From an uncultured bacterium (GTDB taxonomy: Bacteria > Patescibacteriota > Minisyncoccia > Moranbacterales > UBA2206), in assembly GCA_903831805.1 (NCBI GenBank), contig CAIKZD010000009.1, forward strand, positions 8,786-72,785: a stretch of DNA of 64,000 nt, read 5' to 3'. The notes below the pieces were generated by a model. The model was not told the origin of the DNA, searched no databases, and worked only from the letters and a program-made list of their open reading frames with translations. Both the position numbers and the translations under genes were made by a program. Shown here in pieces: positions 10,512-19,273 of this stretch (its first letter is position 1; each line of letters opens with the position of its first letter).

Positions 10512-11759
10512 ATGCACATTCTTTCTCCTATAAAAATTTCCTACCGGTATCTGATGGCGGCCAAGTTCCGCTCTTTTTTAACGATTCTGGGGATCATTAT
10601 CGGAGTGGCGAGTGTCATAATCATTATGGCCATGGGACGTTCGGCGCAGGCGCTCATTTTGGATCAAGTGACGGGTATCGGGTCGAACCTACTAGGAGTT
10701 TTGCCAGGAGCTTCTGACGAAAAAAGTCCGCCACCGGCGGCGATGGGCATTGCCGTCACGACCTTGAAATACGGCGATCTGCAAGCGCTTAGGAATGGGC
10801 GCAATGTGCCGGAAGTGATTGATGCGGCCGGCTATGTCATTGGGACGGCTACCGCCGTCTATAACGGCACCAGCTTGAGCGCTTCTTTCGAAGGTACAAC
10901 GGCCAGCTATATTAATGTGGAAAATGCGGCGGTAGCCACGGGGCGTTTTTTCACTAAAGACGAAGAGATGGACATGTCGCGCGTGGCGGTGCTGGGGGAA
11001 AACGAAGCCAAGGATCTTTTTCTGGGAGCTTCGCCGCTTGGCAAAGTGATAAAGATAAAAGAAGAAAATTTCACGGTCATCGGCGTTCTGAAAAAAAGAG
11101 GTTCGAGTGGGTTTGGAGTGACCAGTCAGGATGATGCAATTTTTGTGCCACTTAGAACGGCCCAAAAAATTCTGCTTGGCATTGATCATCTGGGCTTTAT
11201 CCGTTTGAAAGTGAGCGATGCCAAATTTGTGCCGCAAGCCAAGGCGGAAGTGGCCACGACTCTGCGGGAACAACATCACATTACCGATCCGACCAATGAT
11301 GATTTTTCGGTGCGGGATATGGCTTCCGCCATCGAAATTATCACCCAAATCACCGACGTGCTCAGATATTTTCTCCTGGTGATCGGCGCGATTTCGCTTT
11401 TGGTCGGCGGCGTAGGGATTATGAATATTATGCTTTTGGCAGTCAGTCAACGGATTCGCGAAGTGGGGCTGCGGAAAGCGGTGGGAGCGCGGGACGCGGA
11501 TGTGCAAGTGCAATTTTTGATCGAGTCGGTTTTCATTTCCGGCCTCGGCGGCATCATTGGCATTCTGATTGGCATAGCCTTTTCCTTTTTAGTGGCGACG
11601 ATTATGCAGTATTTGCAATATACTTGGCCCTTCATCATTTCCTGGCAGTCTGTGGCGGCGGCCACGGCTGTGAGTGTGGGCATCGGCATTGTTTTTGGCA
11701 TTTATCCGGCTCGTAAGGCGGCCGAGATTTCTCCGATGGAAGCGCTGAGATACGAATAA
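10512..11759 (+). CDS. ABC transporter permease (MacB/FtsX-like)
   Basis: RSFLTILGIIIG, VGGVGIMNIM, PARKAA…ALRYE; ATG at 10512. Confidence 0.9.
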   Translation: MHILSPIKISYRYLMAAKFRSFLTILGIIIGVASVIIIMAMGRSAQALILDQVTGIGSNLLGVLPGASDEKSPPPAAMGIAVTTLKYGDLQALRNGRNVPEVIDAAGYVIGTATAVYNGTSLSASFEGTTASYINVENAAVATGRFFTKDEEMDMSRVAVLGENEAKDLFLGASPLGKVIKIKEENFTVIGVLKKRGSSGFGVTSQDDAIFVPLRTAQKILLGIDHLGFIRLKVSDAKFVPQAKAEVATTLREQHHITDPTNDDFSVRDMASAIEIITQITDVLRYFLLVIGAISLLVGGVGIMNIMLLAVSQRIREVGLRKAVGARDADVQVQFLIESVFISGLGGIIGILIGIAFSFLVATIMQYLQYTWPFIISWQSVAAATAVSVGIGIVFGIYPARKAAEISPMEALRYE

Positions 11760-11763
11760 TTAT

Positions 11764-13014
11764 ATGACTTTTTTTGTTCCAATCAAACTGGCTTTTCGCA
11801 GCGTGCGTTCCAATATGGGTCGGACGATTTTGTCGCTCCTGGGGATTGTCATCGGGGTGGCGAGTGTCATTCTGGTTTTGTCTTTTGGCAGTGGCGTGAA
11901 ACAATTTTTAGTGGACCAAGTTTCTTCTTTCGGTTCGGATATAATTTCGGTGAAAATCAAAGTGCCAAAAGTGAGTAAGACTTCCACGCAGAACGCTAGT
12001 GGCATAATAGGCGGGACGCAAATCACCACCTTGAAATTGGCCGACGCAGAAAAAATTGCCAAGTTGCCCAATGTGGGGGCGTGGTATGCGTCGATTATGA
12101 GTCAGCAAGTAGTGAGTTATGCCAGCAAGAACAAACAGACACTTATCATGGGCGTGACTTCTGGGGTGACCGAAGCGGATCAGAAAACGGTCGTGGAAAC
12201 GGGGACGATGTTCAGTGATGATGATGACAAGAGTCTGCGCCAGGTGGCCGTTTTGGGGAGCGAAGTGAAGACGGATTTTTTTGGGGAGGCGGACGCCGTA
12301 GGCCAAGACATTAAGATCAAAGGGCAGAATTATCACGTGATCGGGGTTTTGAAAAAACGCGGGGCGACCGGGGTTTTCAATTTTGACAATACGATTTATG
12401 TGCCGCTAGAGACTACGCAAAAAAAATTAGCCGGCATTGATTATCTGGAATTTGCCATTTTCAAAATTCAGGATATGAAACAGCTGGACCTGACGATTTT
12501 GAATGCGACGGATGTGGTGCGCACCCAACATAAGATCACGGATCCGAATGATGATGATTTTTCTGTCAGTTCCATCGTGGAGGTGTTGAACATTTTAAAT
12601 AATGTTTTTTTCGCTATTAACATTTTGCTGTTGGCCTTGGTGTCAATCTCTCTGGTGGTCGGCGGTGTGGGAATCATGAATGTGATGTACGTGACCGTGA
12701 CCGAACGGACGTATGAGATTGGGCTCAAAAAATCAGTCGGAGCCCGGGATGGACAGATCCTGGCTCAGTTCCTCTTCGAAGCGGTTTTCATCACGCTCCT
12801 CGGCGGCCTCTTGGGATTTTTGCTCGGCTTTGGTATTTCCAAGTTCGGTGAAATTATCGCCGCCAATTTCGGCTATAGCTTGAGTTTTCCCGTCACCTGG
12901 TGGTCAGTGGCCATCGGCATCGGCTTCTCCGCCGGCACCGGCATCATCTTCGGCTATTTTCCGGCCAGGAAAGCTTCGCAACTAAGTCCGATGGAAGCCT
13001 TGCGGAAGGAATAG
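11764..13014 (+). CDS. ABC transporter permease (MacB/FtsX-like), second paralog
   Basis: Same motifs as the preceding gene. Confidence 0.9.
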   Translation: MTFFVPIKLAFRSVRSNMGRTILSLLGIVIGVASVILVLSFGSGVKQFLVDQVSSFGSDIISVKIKVPKVSKTSTQNASGIIGGTQITTLKLADAEKIAKLPNVGAWYASIMSQQVVSYASKNKQTLIMGVTSGVTEADQKTVVETGTMFSDDDDKSLRQVAVLGSEVKTDFFGEADAVGQDIKIKGQNYHVIGVLKKRGATGVFNFDNTIYVPLETTQKKLAGIDYLEFAIFKIQDMKQLDLTILNATDVVRTQHKITDPNDDDFSVSSIVEVLNILNNVFFAINILLLALVSISLVVGGVGIMNVMYVTVTERTYEIGLKKSVGARDGQILAQFLFEAVFITLLGGLLGFLLGFGISKFGEIIAANFGYSLSFPVTWWSVAIGIGFSAGTGIIFGYFPARKASQLSPMEALRKE

Positions 13015-13110
13015 GTCCAATAGTATAAAAAAGTTATCCACAGGCAGACAATTTGTCAGAGTAGAATTATGGTGGTAGAATATCATTATGATTATTTAAG
13101 CACAAAAAAA

Positions 13111-15096
13111 ATGATACAAAAAACATTGCAAAAACTAGGTGCTGTTTTGAAAAAAGATGAACGGCTTTTGGCGGATGATGGTAAAATATTAAAAAACCAA
13201 GCTGTAGAATTAGTGAATAAGCTTGATGAGGGCTTAATTGATCTTTTAGCTAGCGACAAAGATCTTAAAAAAATATTTTTCAAGAAAATCGGCGAGATGA
13301 TGGTTTTTGACAAAGATTTGTTCATTGAATTTGTGAGCAATAAGGAATTTTTGCCGGATTCATATACGGCGTTCAAAAACAAAATCGGCTTTGAAATTGG
13401 TGGTCAATATTTGAAATCTCAAAAAGAGGTAGTTTTGGTGTGGCCGTATAAAGATTGCATCTTAGAAGGTGGTCAAACCAAAGAAGATGCCAAGCGCAAG
13501 GAAATTTTTTGGAATGAAACGCTGGCACCGGACGATGTCAATCGTTTGCTGGAGGCGAAAGTGCTCACGAATTGGAAAAGGTATGACAAAGACAATCTCA
13601 AAAACGGACATGTCGTCACGGAAATCAAAGACACCGACAATTTAATCATCAAAGGCAATAATCTTCTAGCGTTGCATTCACTCAAGAAACGTTTTGCCGG
13701 CAAAGTGAAACTGATTTACATTGATCCGCCCTACAACACCGGAAATGATAGCTTTGGCTATAATGATTCTTTCAATCATTCTACGTGGCTGACGTTTATG
13801 AAAAATCGGTTGGAAGTTGCGAGGGAGCTATTGTCAAATGATGGTAGTATATTTATTTCAATTAATCATTTAGAGCTGGGGTATCTGATGGTTTTGATGG
13901 ACGATATTTTTGGAATTGAAAATAAATTGCCAATAATAACATTGAAAGCTGGCACAACAGCAAGTTATAGGGCGATAAATGAGTGTCCTGTGAATGTCTC
14001 GGAGTATGTTTTATCGTATAGAAAATCTTCAAATTATGTTGCTAATAGAATTTATCGAGAAACTAAATATAGCGAAGATTATTCTTATTTTATAAAAAAT
14101 AAAAATGATAATTCCGAAAAATGGATTATCGAAAAAATTGACGATATTATTTATAAAAATAATAAGTGTGATAATTGGAAAGACTTTAAGGATAAATTTG
14201 GACCAACATGGAAAAATGACAGGCTTAAATTAAAAGAAAACTTTGCTTTAGAGAATTCTGATAAAGTAGTTAGTCTAAATACATTGCAAAAACCGTCGAA
14301 AGATGTGCAAATAATTATTGAGAAATCGAAAAACAATAGAAATAAAGTATTTTCTTATAAAAGAAGCGATAAGAATGATATCCATTGTTTTAATGGCAGA
14401 ACATTGGCTTTTTTATCATCTAAGTTTAAAAATATTAATGGAAAAAATGTTCTTGCGGAAATAGTAACAAATTTATGGGATGATATTTCTTTTCTTAGTC
14501 TTGGCTCAGAAGGTGGTGTTGATTTGATTAATGGTAAAAAGCCAGAAGCGTTGATTAAAAGAATTGTTGACATATCAACTTTAAAAAATGATGATATAGT
14601 ATTAGATTTTTTTGCTGGCGCAGGAACAACTGGCGCAGTGGCGCATAAAATGGGACGTAAATACATCCTGGTTGAGCAATTGGATTACATTCACGATCTT
14701 CCAGAATCTAGAATGAAAAAAGTCATCGAAGGCGAACAGGGTGGAATTTCCAAGGCAGTCAATTGGAAAGGTGGCGGGAGTTTTGTGTACACCGAGTTGA
14801 TGCCAGTCAATGAAAAGTTTGTGCGAGAAGTGGAAAATGTGAAAAACAAAAAAGAAGTTTCCGATCTTTGGAAAAGGATTGAGAGGAATGGATTTTTGAG
14901 TTATCGCGTGGACGAACAAAAATTCCACAAAAATGCCAAGGACTTTTCTGATTTGTCACTCGAAGAGCAAAAGAAATTCACTTTGGAATCACTGAACAAA
15001 AATATGCTGTACGTTCCGATTAATGAAATTGAGGACAGTAGTTATAAAGTTAGCAAAGATGATATTAAGTTGAATGAAGAGTTTTATGGGGAATAA
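13111..15096 (+). CDS. mod: Type III R-M methyltransferase (Mod)
   Basis: IYIDPPYNTG and DFFAGAGTT in beta-class order; KPEALIKRI; partner Res downstream. Confidence 0.9.
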   Translation: MIQKTLQKLGAVLKKDERLLADDGKILKNQAVELVNKLDEGLIDLLASDKDLKKIFFKKIGEMMVFDKDLFIEFVSNKEFLPDSYTAFKNKIGFEIGGQYLKSQKEVVLVWPYKDCILEGGQTKEDAKRKEIFWNETLAPDDVNRLLEAKVLTNWKRYDKDNLKNGHVVTEIKDTDNLIIKGNNLLALHSLKKRFAGKVKLIYIDPPYNTGNDSFGYNDSFNHSTWLTFMKNRLEVARELLSNDGSIFISINHLELGYLMVLMDDIFGIENKLPIITLKAGTTASYRAINECPVNVSEYVLSYRKSSNYVANRIYRETKYSEDYSYFIKNKNDNSEKWIIEKIDDIIYKNNKCDNWKDFKDKFGPTWKNDRLKLKENFALENSDKVVSLNTLQKPSKDVQIIIEKSKNNRNKVFSYKRSDKNDIHCFNGRTLAFLSSKFKNINGKNVLAEIVTNLWDDISFLSLGSEGGVDLINGKKPEALIKRIVDISTLKNDDIVLDFFAGAGTTGAVAHKMGRKYILVEQLDYIHDLPESRMKKVIEGEQGGISKAVNWKGGGSFVYTELMPVNEKFVREVENVKNKKEVSDLWKRIERNGFLSYRVDEQKFHKNAKDFSDLSLEEQKKFTLESLNKNMLYVPINEIEDSSYKVSKDDIKLNEEFYGE

Positions 15097-15268
15097 AAAA
15101 ATTATAAATGTTTCCTCTGGAAATCAATCTGGCGGAGTTACGTCAGGAGAAATTAATAAGGAAACAAATATAAATCTTAATATTTGGAAAGAAAGATCAA
15201 AAGGTGGGTTTTTAGTTCTTGCTCTTGAGTTAATTATTTATATTATTAAAATTTATTTAAACAAATGA
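15086..15268 (+). CDS. Small protein, N-terminal NQSGG motif plus C-terminal hydrophobic helix
   Basis: Overlaps the mod stop; aligns from Met with the next ORF; hydrophobic tail FLVLALELIIYIIKIYL. Confidence 0.55.
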   Translation: MGNKKIINVSSGNQSGGVTSGEINKETNINLNIWKERSKGGFLVLALELIIYIIKIYLNK

Positions 15269-15615
15269 GTGAAGAAAAAATTTTTAATGTAACAAGCGAT
15301 AACCAAAGTGGTGGAATTACAGCAGGTATTGTAAATATTTTTCACAAATTGCGAATAGAGCTGACCGATGAAAATAAAAAACAATTAATAGAAAATTTAA
15401 ATGATAAGTCGGCTACTATTCATGTCTCATTGCAATCTGGAGGTGGAAGTGAAGTAGCTGGCCTGTCTCAGGAGATAATGAGTTTTCTGCTCGAGAGTGG
15501 ATATAAAAATATTTTAGGTGTACATACTATTATGGGATTTGCTCCATTTAAAGGTATGACTATAGAGAGAAAAACAGAGAGTGAGCTTGTTATTTTTATT
15601 GGCTCTTTAATTTAA
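15265..15615 (+). CDS. Hypothetical protein with N-terminal NQSGG motif
   Basis: ATGA overlap with the previous ORF; 116 aa. Confidence 0.7.
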   Translation: MSEEKIFNVTSDNQSGGITAGIVNIFHKLRIELTDENKKQLIENLNDKSATIHVSLQSGGGSEVAGLSQEIMSFLLESGYKNILGVHTIMGFAPFKGMTIERKTESELVIFIGSLI

Positions 15616-15636
15616 AGAATAAAAGATTAAAAATAT

Positions 15637-16116
15637 ATGGCACAAAGATTTATTTATCCCAAAGAATTTATAAAAGACACTCTTATTGAAAAAATAGGTA
15701 AAATTATTCATGTTGATGCTTATCTATCTTTTTTATTAATATGTTCAGGAATTGAATTTTTAGGAAAGTGTATAGACTCAACTGAAAAATGGGAAGAGGG
15801 AAATAGCGGCGAACAATTTAAAACAGCAATTATAAAACTATTTCCAGATGGCTATCATAATTTAGTAAATGATTTATATAAAGACTTGCGATGTGGATTA
15901 GTTCACAGAATTATACCTGGATCAATATCATTAACTCAAAATGGAAATGATAATGATGGCGAAATACCATATAGATTGCATCCATACTTGAAAGATAATA
16001 AAAAAATTCTTGTTATCGAATATTTTTACTTTGATTTTGTGGAGGCTTGTAAAAAAGTTTTAGCTATGAATTTTAATGAAAATAAAATGACCAAGCCAAT
16101 GTTATCAGTTGGTTAA
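15637..16116 (+). CDS. Hypothetical helical protein with RxxxxH motif (HEPN-like)
   Basis: DLRCGLVH motif and upstream IEFLG; AT-rich; lies between mod and res. Confidence 0.6.
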   Translation: MAQRFIYPKEFIKDTLIEKIGKIIHVDAYLSFLLICSGIEFLGKCIDSTEKWEEGNSGEQFKTAIIKLFPDGYHNLVNDLYKDLRCGLVHRIIPGSISLTQNGNDNDGEIPYRLHPYLKDNKKILVIEYFYFDFVEACKKVLAMNFNENKMTKPMLSVG

Positions 16117-16121
16117 TATTT

Positions 16122-18788
16122 ATGCTTCACGAAGAATTTAACAGTACTAGGGATGTTGTTGAGAAGGACTATTTTGAGAAAAGAGTCCCTTCTTTTATCA
16201 TGGAAAATTTGACGGAACGGGCGGAGTTGCGTGAATATCAAAAAGAAGCCATTGGAAGATTTGCGTACTATCTCACAAAATATCCCAAAAAGAAAAAGCC
16301 GACGCATCTGCTTTTCAATATGGCCACTGGCTCCGGCAAAACTTTGATTATGGCGGCTGATATTTTGTATCTTTATGAAAAAGGCTATCGTAATTTCATT
16401 TTCTTCGTCAATAGTTCCAATATCATTGAAAAAACCAAAGAAAACTTTCTGAATCCATATTCCAATAAATATCTTTTTGCGAAAAATTTGAAATTCGGCG
16501 ACAAGGCTGTGAAGATCGCGCCGGTGGAAAATTTTGAAGCAGGGAATCTCGAAGATATAAACATTCTTTTTACCACGATTCAGGGATTGCATGTGCGACT
16601 CGGTAATCCCAAAGAAAATGCCATCACCTATGAAGATTTTGCGGAAAAGAAAATCGTGCTTTTGTCCGACGAGGCGCATCACATCAACACACTCACCAAA
16701 CTCAAAAAAAACGGACAGAAATCTCTGCTTGACGACGGAATTGGAAAGATCGAAGGTTTGAAAAAAGAAGAAGAAACGGAATTGCGTTCTTGGGAGGGAA
16801 CGGTGATGCGTATTTTGAATGCTAATAAGAATAATGTCTTGTTAGAATTTACTGCCACAATTGATTTGAAAAATCCGGGCATTGCCGAAAAATATGAGGA
16901 CAAGATAATTTTTGAATATAATTTGAAGCAATATCGCTTGGACGGATTTTCCAAAGAAATTGAAATTTTGGAAGCGGATCTATCTCGGATGAACCGCGCG
17001 CTGGTGGCGATCATTTTGTCACAGTATCGGATGAAGGTGGCGCAGAAACATAGAATTTTTTTGAAGCCCGTGGTGATGTTCAAGGCTAATCGCGTTAGTG
17101 TGCCCAAGAAAGCCAACGCAGAAGCGGTTGTCTCCAGTGAATTCAAAGAAGAATTCTTAGAGAAAGTGAAGAATTTGAAAGGCGACGACCTGAAACAATT
17201 GGGAAAGATTAAAAACGAAACTTTGCGGCGTGCTTTTGAGTTTTTCAAAGATAATGGAATCTCCTTGGGATCTTTAGCAAAAGAACTTCAAAATGATTTT
17301 ACAGAAGAAAAATGCATTTCCATTGATTCAAAAGATCAAAGCGAAAAAAATCAAATACTGGTTAATTCTTTGGAAGATCCTAGCAACGAAGTGCGCGCGG
17401 TTTTCGCGGTAGATGCTCTCAATGAAGGTTGGGATGTCTTAAATCTGTTTGATATCGTGCGGTTGTATAATTCAAGAGAACACAGACCCGGCAGTTATAC
17501 GATGGCGGAAGCGCAACTTATTGGCCGAGGCGCGCGATATTACCCATTTTCTATTAACGGGAATGGTGACAGATATTGCAGAAAATTTGATGAGGATGTG
17601 GAAAGCGAACTGCGCATTATTGAACAGCTCTATTATCACAGTGCTCAATATTCCGGTTATATTTCCGATATCACCAATGCTCTCATTCAAACAGGTATAA
17701 TGCCGGAGAAAAAAGTTGAGAGAGAAGTGAAAGTCAAAGACAGCTTCAAAAACACCGCCATGTGGAAAAATGGAATAATTTTTCTCAATGCACAAATTCC
17801 GGATGATCGTAGTGACGCAAAAAATTTGAAATCGGTAAATATCCCGCTCGAATACGAATATAATTTTGTAACAGGGCTTATCGAAGAACACGAAGTGCTT
17901 AGTGATAGACTGCAAATGAAAACGCAACCGGGGAATGTAGACATGAGAAAAATAAAACTCTTGAGTTTGAGTCGCAGTGTGGTTTGTGAAGCTATAAACC
18001 GTATTGATTTTTATAATTTCAAAAATATCAATCAATATTTTCCGCCGGCTGACTCAGCGGAGAAGTTTATTGATGAATATTTAAAGGATGTATCTGTGAA
18101 AGTTTCTGGTCCTAGAGATTTTCTAGATAATTTACAACAAGATGAAAAACTTGATATTGCGGTGAATGTTTTGGAACAAATATCTGTGAGCGCGCAAAAT
18201 ACAAAAAAGGAAAACATGGGATCTGTTGAATTTGGAGCGCACAAAATTTCAGATATTTTCAAAGACAAAATTTTGCAGATTGCCAGCGACAGCCCAAGAG
18301 CCAAGGAGATGGAGGAGATTGATTTGTCCGCGCGGAGCTGGTTCGCGCAAAATGAAATTTGGGGAACTGGAGAAGAAGAGTCTTTTTTGAAATTTTTTGA
18401 TGAGACAGCAGGAGACCTCAAGAAAAAATATGATCAAGTGGCGGTGATGCGAAATGAAAAACATTTCAAAATTTTCAACTTTGACGATGGCCAGCCATTT
18501 GAGCCGGACTTTGTTCTGCTTCTCAAGGAAAAGAAAACAAAAAAAGAATTACTCTGGCAAGTTTTCATTGAGCCAAAGGGCGATCAATTTTTGGATGAAG
18601 ATGGCGGATTTCAAAAAGGCAAGGAAGGCTGGAAAGAGAAATTTCTGTTGCAGATTGCCGATAAGTATAAATTGGATTTGGATAAATTCAAAATTGAAAA
18701 CAAAGATTTTAAATTGATTGGATTGCCTTTCTATAATGAAGGATTGAAAGAGAGATTCGAGGAAAGTTTTCATGAAATTGTTAAATAG
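16122..18788 (+). CDS. res: Type III restriction endonuclease Res (SF2 helicase plus nuclease)
   Basis: MATGSGKT, DEAHH, NEGWDV, QLIGRGAR, C-terminal PDF…IEPKG nuclease motif. Confidence 0.9.
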   Translation: MLHEEFNSTRDVVEKDYFEKRVPSFIMENLTERAELREYQKEAIGRFAYYLTKYPKKKKPTHLLFNMATGSGKTLIMAADILYLYEKGYRNFIFFVNSSNIIEKTKENFLNPYSNKYLFAKNLKFGDKAVKIAPVENFEAGNLEDINILFTTIQGLHVRLGNPKENAITYEDFAEKKIVLLSDEAHHINTLTKLKKNGQKSLLDDGIGKIEGLKKEEETELRSWEGTVMRILNANKNNVLLEFTATIDLKNPGIAEKYEDKIIFEYNLKQYRLDGFSKEIEILEADLSRMNRALVAIILSQYRMKVAQKHRIFLKPVVMFKANRVSVPKKANAEAVVSSEFKEEFLEKVKNLKGDDLKQLGKIKNETLRRAFEFFKDNGISLGSLAKELQNDFTEEKCISIDSKDQSEKNQILVNSLEDPSNEVRAVFAVDALNEGWDVLNLFDIVRLYNSREHRPGSYTMAEAQLIGRGARYYPFSINGNGDRYCRKFDEDVESELRIIEQLYYHSAQYSGYISDITNALIQTGIMPEKKVEREVKVKDSFKNTAMWKNGIIFLNAQIPDDRSDAKNLKSVNIPLEYEYNFVTGLIEEHEVLSDRLQMKTQPGNVDMRKIKLLSLSRSVVCEAINRIDFYNFKNINQYFPPADSAEKFIDEYLKDVSVKVSGPRDFLDNLQQDEKLDIAVNVLEQISVSAQNTKKENMGSVEFGAHKISDIFKDKILQIASDSPRAKEMEEIDLSARSWFAQNEIWGTGEEESFLKFFDETAGDLKKKYDQVAVMRNEKHFKIFNFDDGQPFEPDFVLLLKEKKTKKELLWQVFIEPKGDQFLDEDGGFQKGKEGWKEKFLLQIADKYKLDLDKFKIENKDFKLIGLPFYNEGLKERFEESFHEIVK

Positions 18789-18805
18789 TTTCAAAAATAA
18801 ATAAT

Positions 18806-18964
18806 ATGCCATTCGTAAAATTCCAACACAAAAGCCATGGCGTGATGACAACTACGCCGGAAAATTGGATTCAGTATGAACTTTTTGACGCGACGGATGA
18901 AAACGGCGATAGCATGCCGGTTTATAAGAGTGATTGCGAAAGTCCGAAATATATTGAGGAATAA
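18806..18964 (+). CDS. Possible 52-aa protein (MPFVKFQH…KYIEE), below the ORF-track cutoff
   Basis: ATG 17 nt after the res stop with AT-rich leader; manually translated. Confidence 0.4.
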   Translation: MPFVKFQHKSHGVMTTTPENWIQYELFDATDENGDSMPVYKSDCESPKYIEE

Positions 18965-18965
18965 T

Positions 18966-18991
18966 TTGCTACGTAGCATGCTACGTAGCAA
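18966..18991. repeat. 26-bp perfect palindrome built from two self-palindromic 12-mers
   Basis: ttgctacgtagcatgctacgtagcaa. Confidence 0.8.
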
Positions 18992-19039
18992 TGTAAATGC
19001 ATCGGTTGATTTTTAACGTGTTTCTTGTTAAGCTGTTCT

Positions 19040-19156
19040 AACCAAACCAAGCAGAGACGAGAGACGTAAAGCACGGCCTTTCCGCTCGATCCAGAAACAT
19101 GACGTCCGGGAAGATAATATAGCCACCCGCGATCCAGTGCCTCTCTTGGTTTGGTT
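19040..19156. ncRNA. Candidate ~117-nt structured ncRNA
   Basis: 12-bp closing stem aaccaaaccaag/cttggtttggtt; ttgatt-17-taagct promoter just upstream on +; T-run after. Confidence 0.45.
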
Positions 19157-19273
19157 TTTATTTTTTTGAGCTGCACATTGACTTTTTATTGAAATACTAT
19201 ATAATAAAAGGCTTGGTTCATGTGAATTAAGTGGATAGTTCTTTCCCATAAATCTCAAAAAAAGGATATTGCA

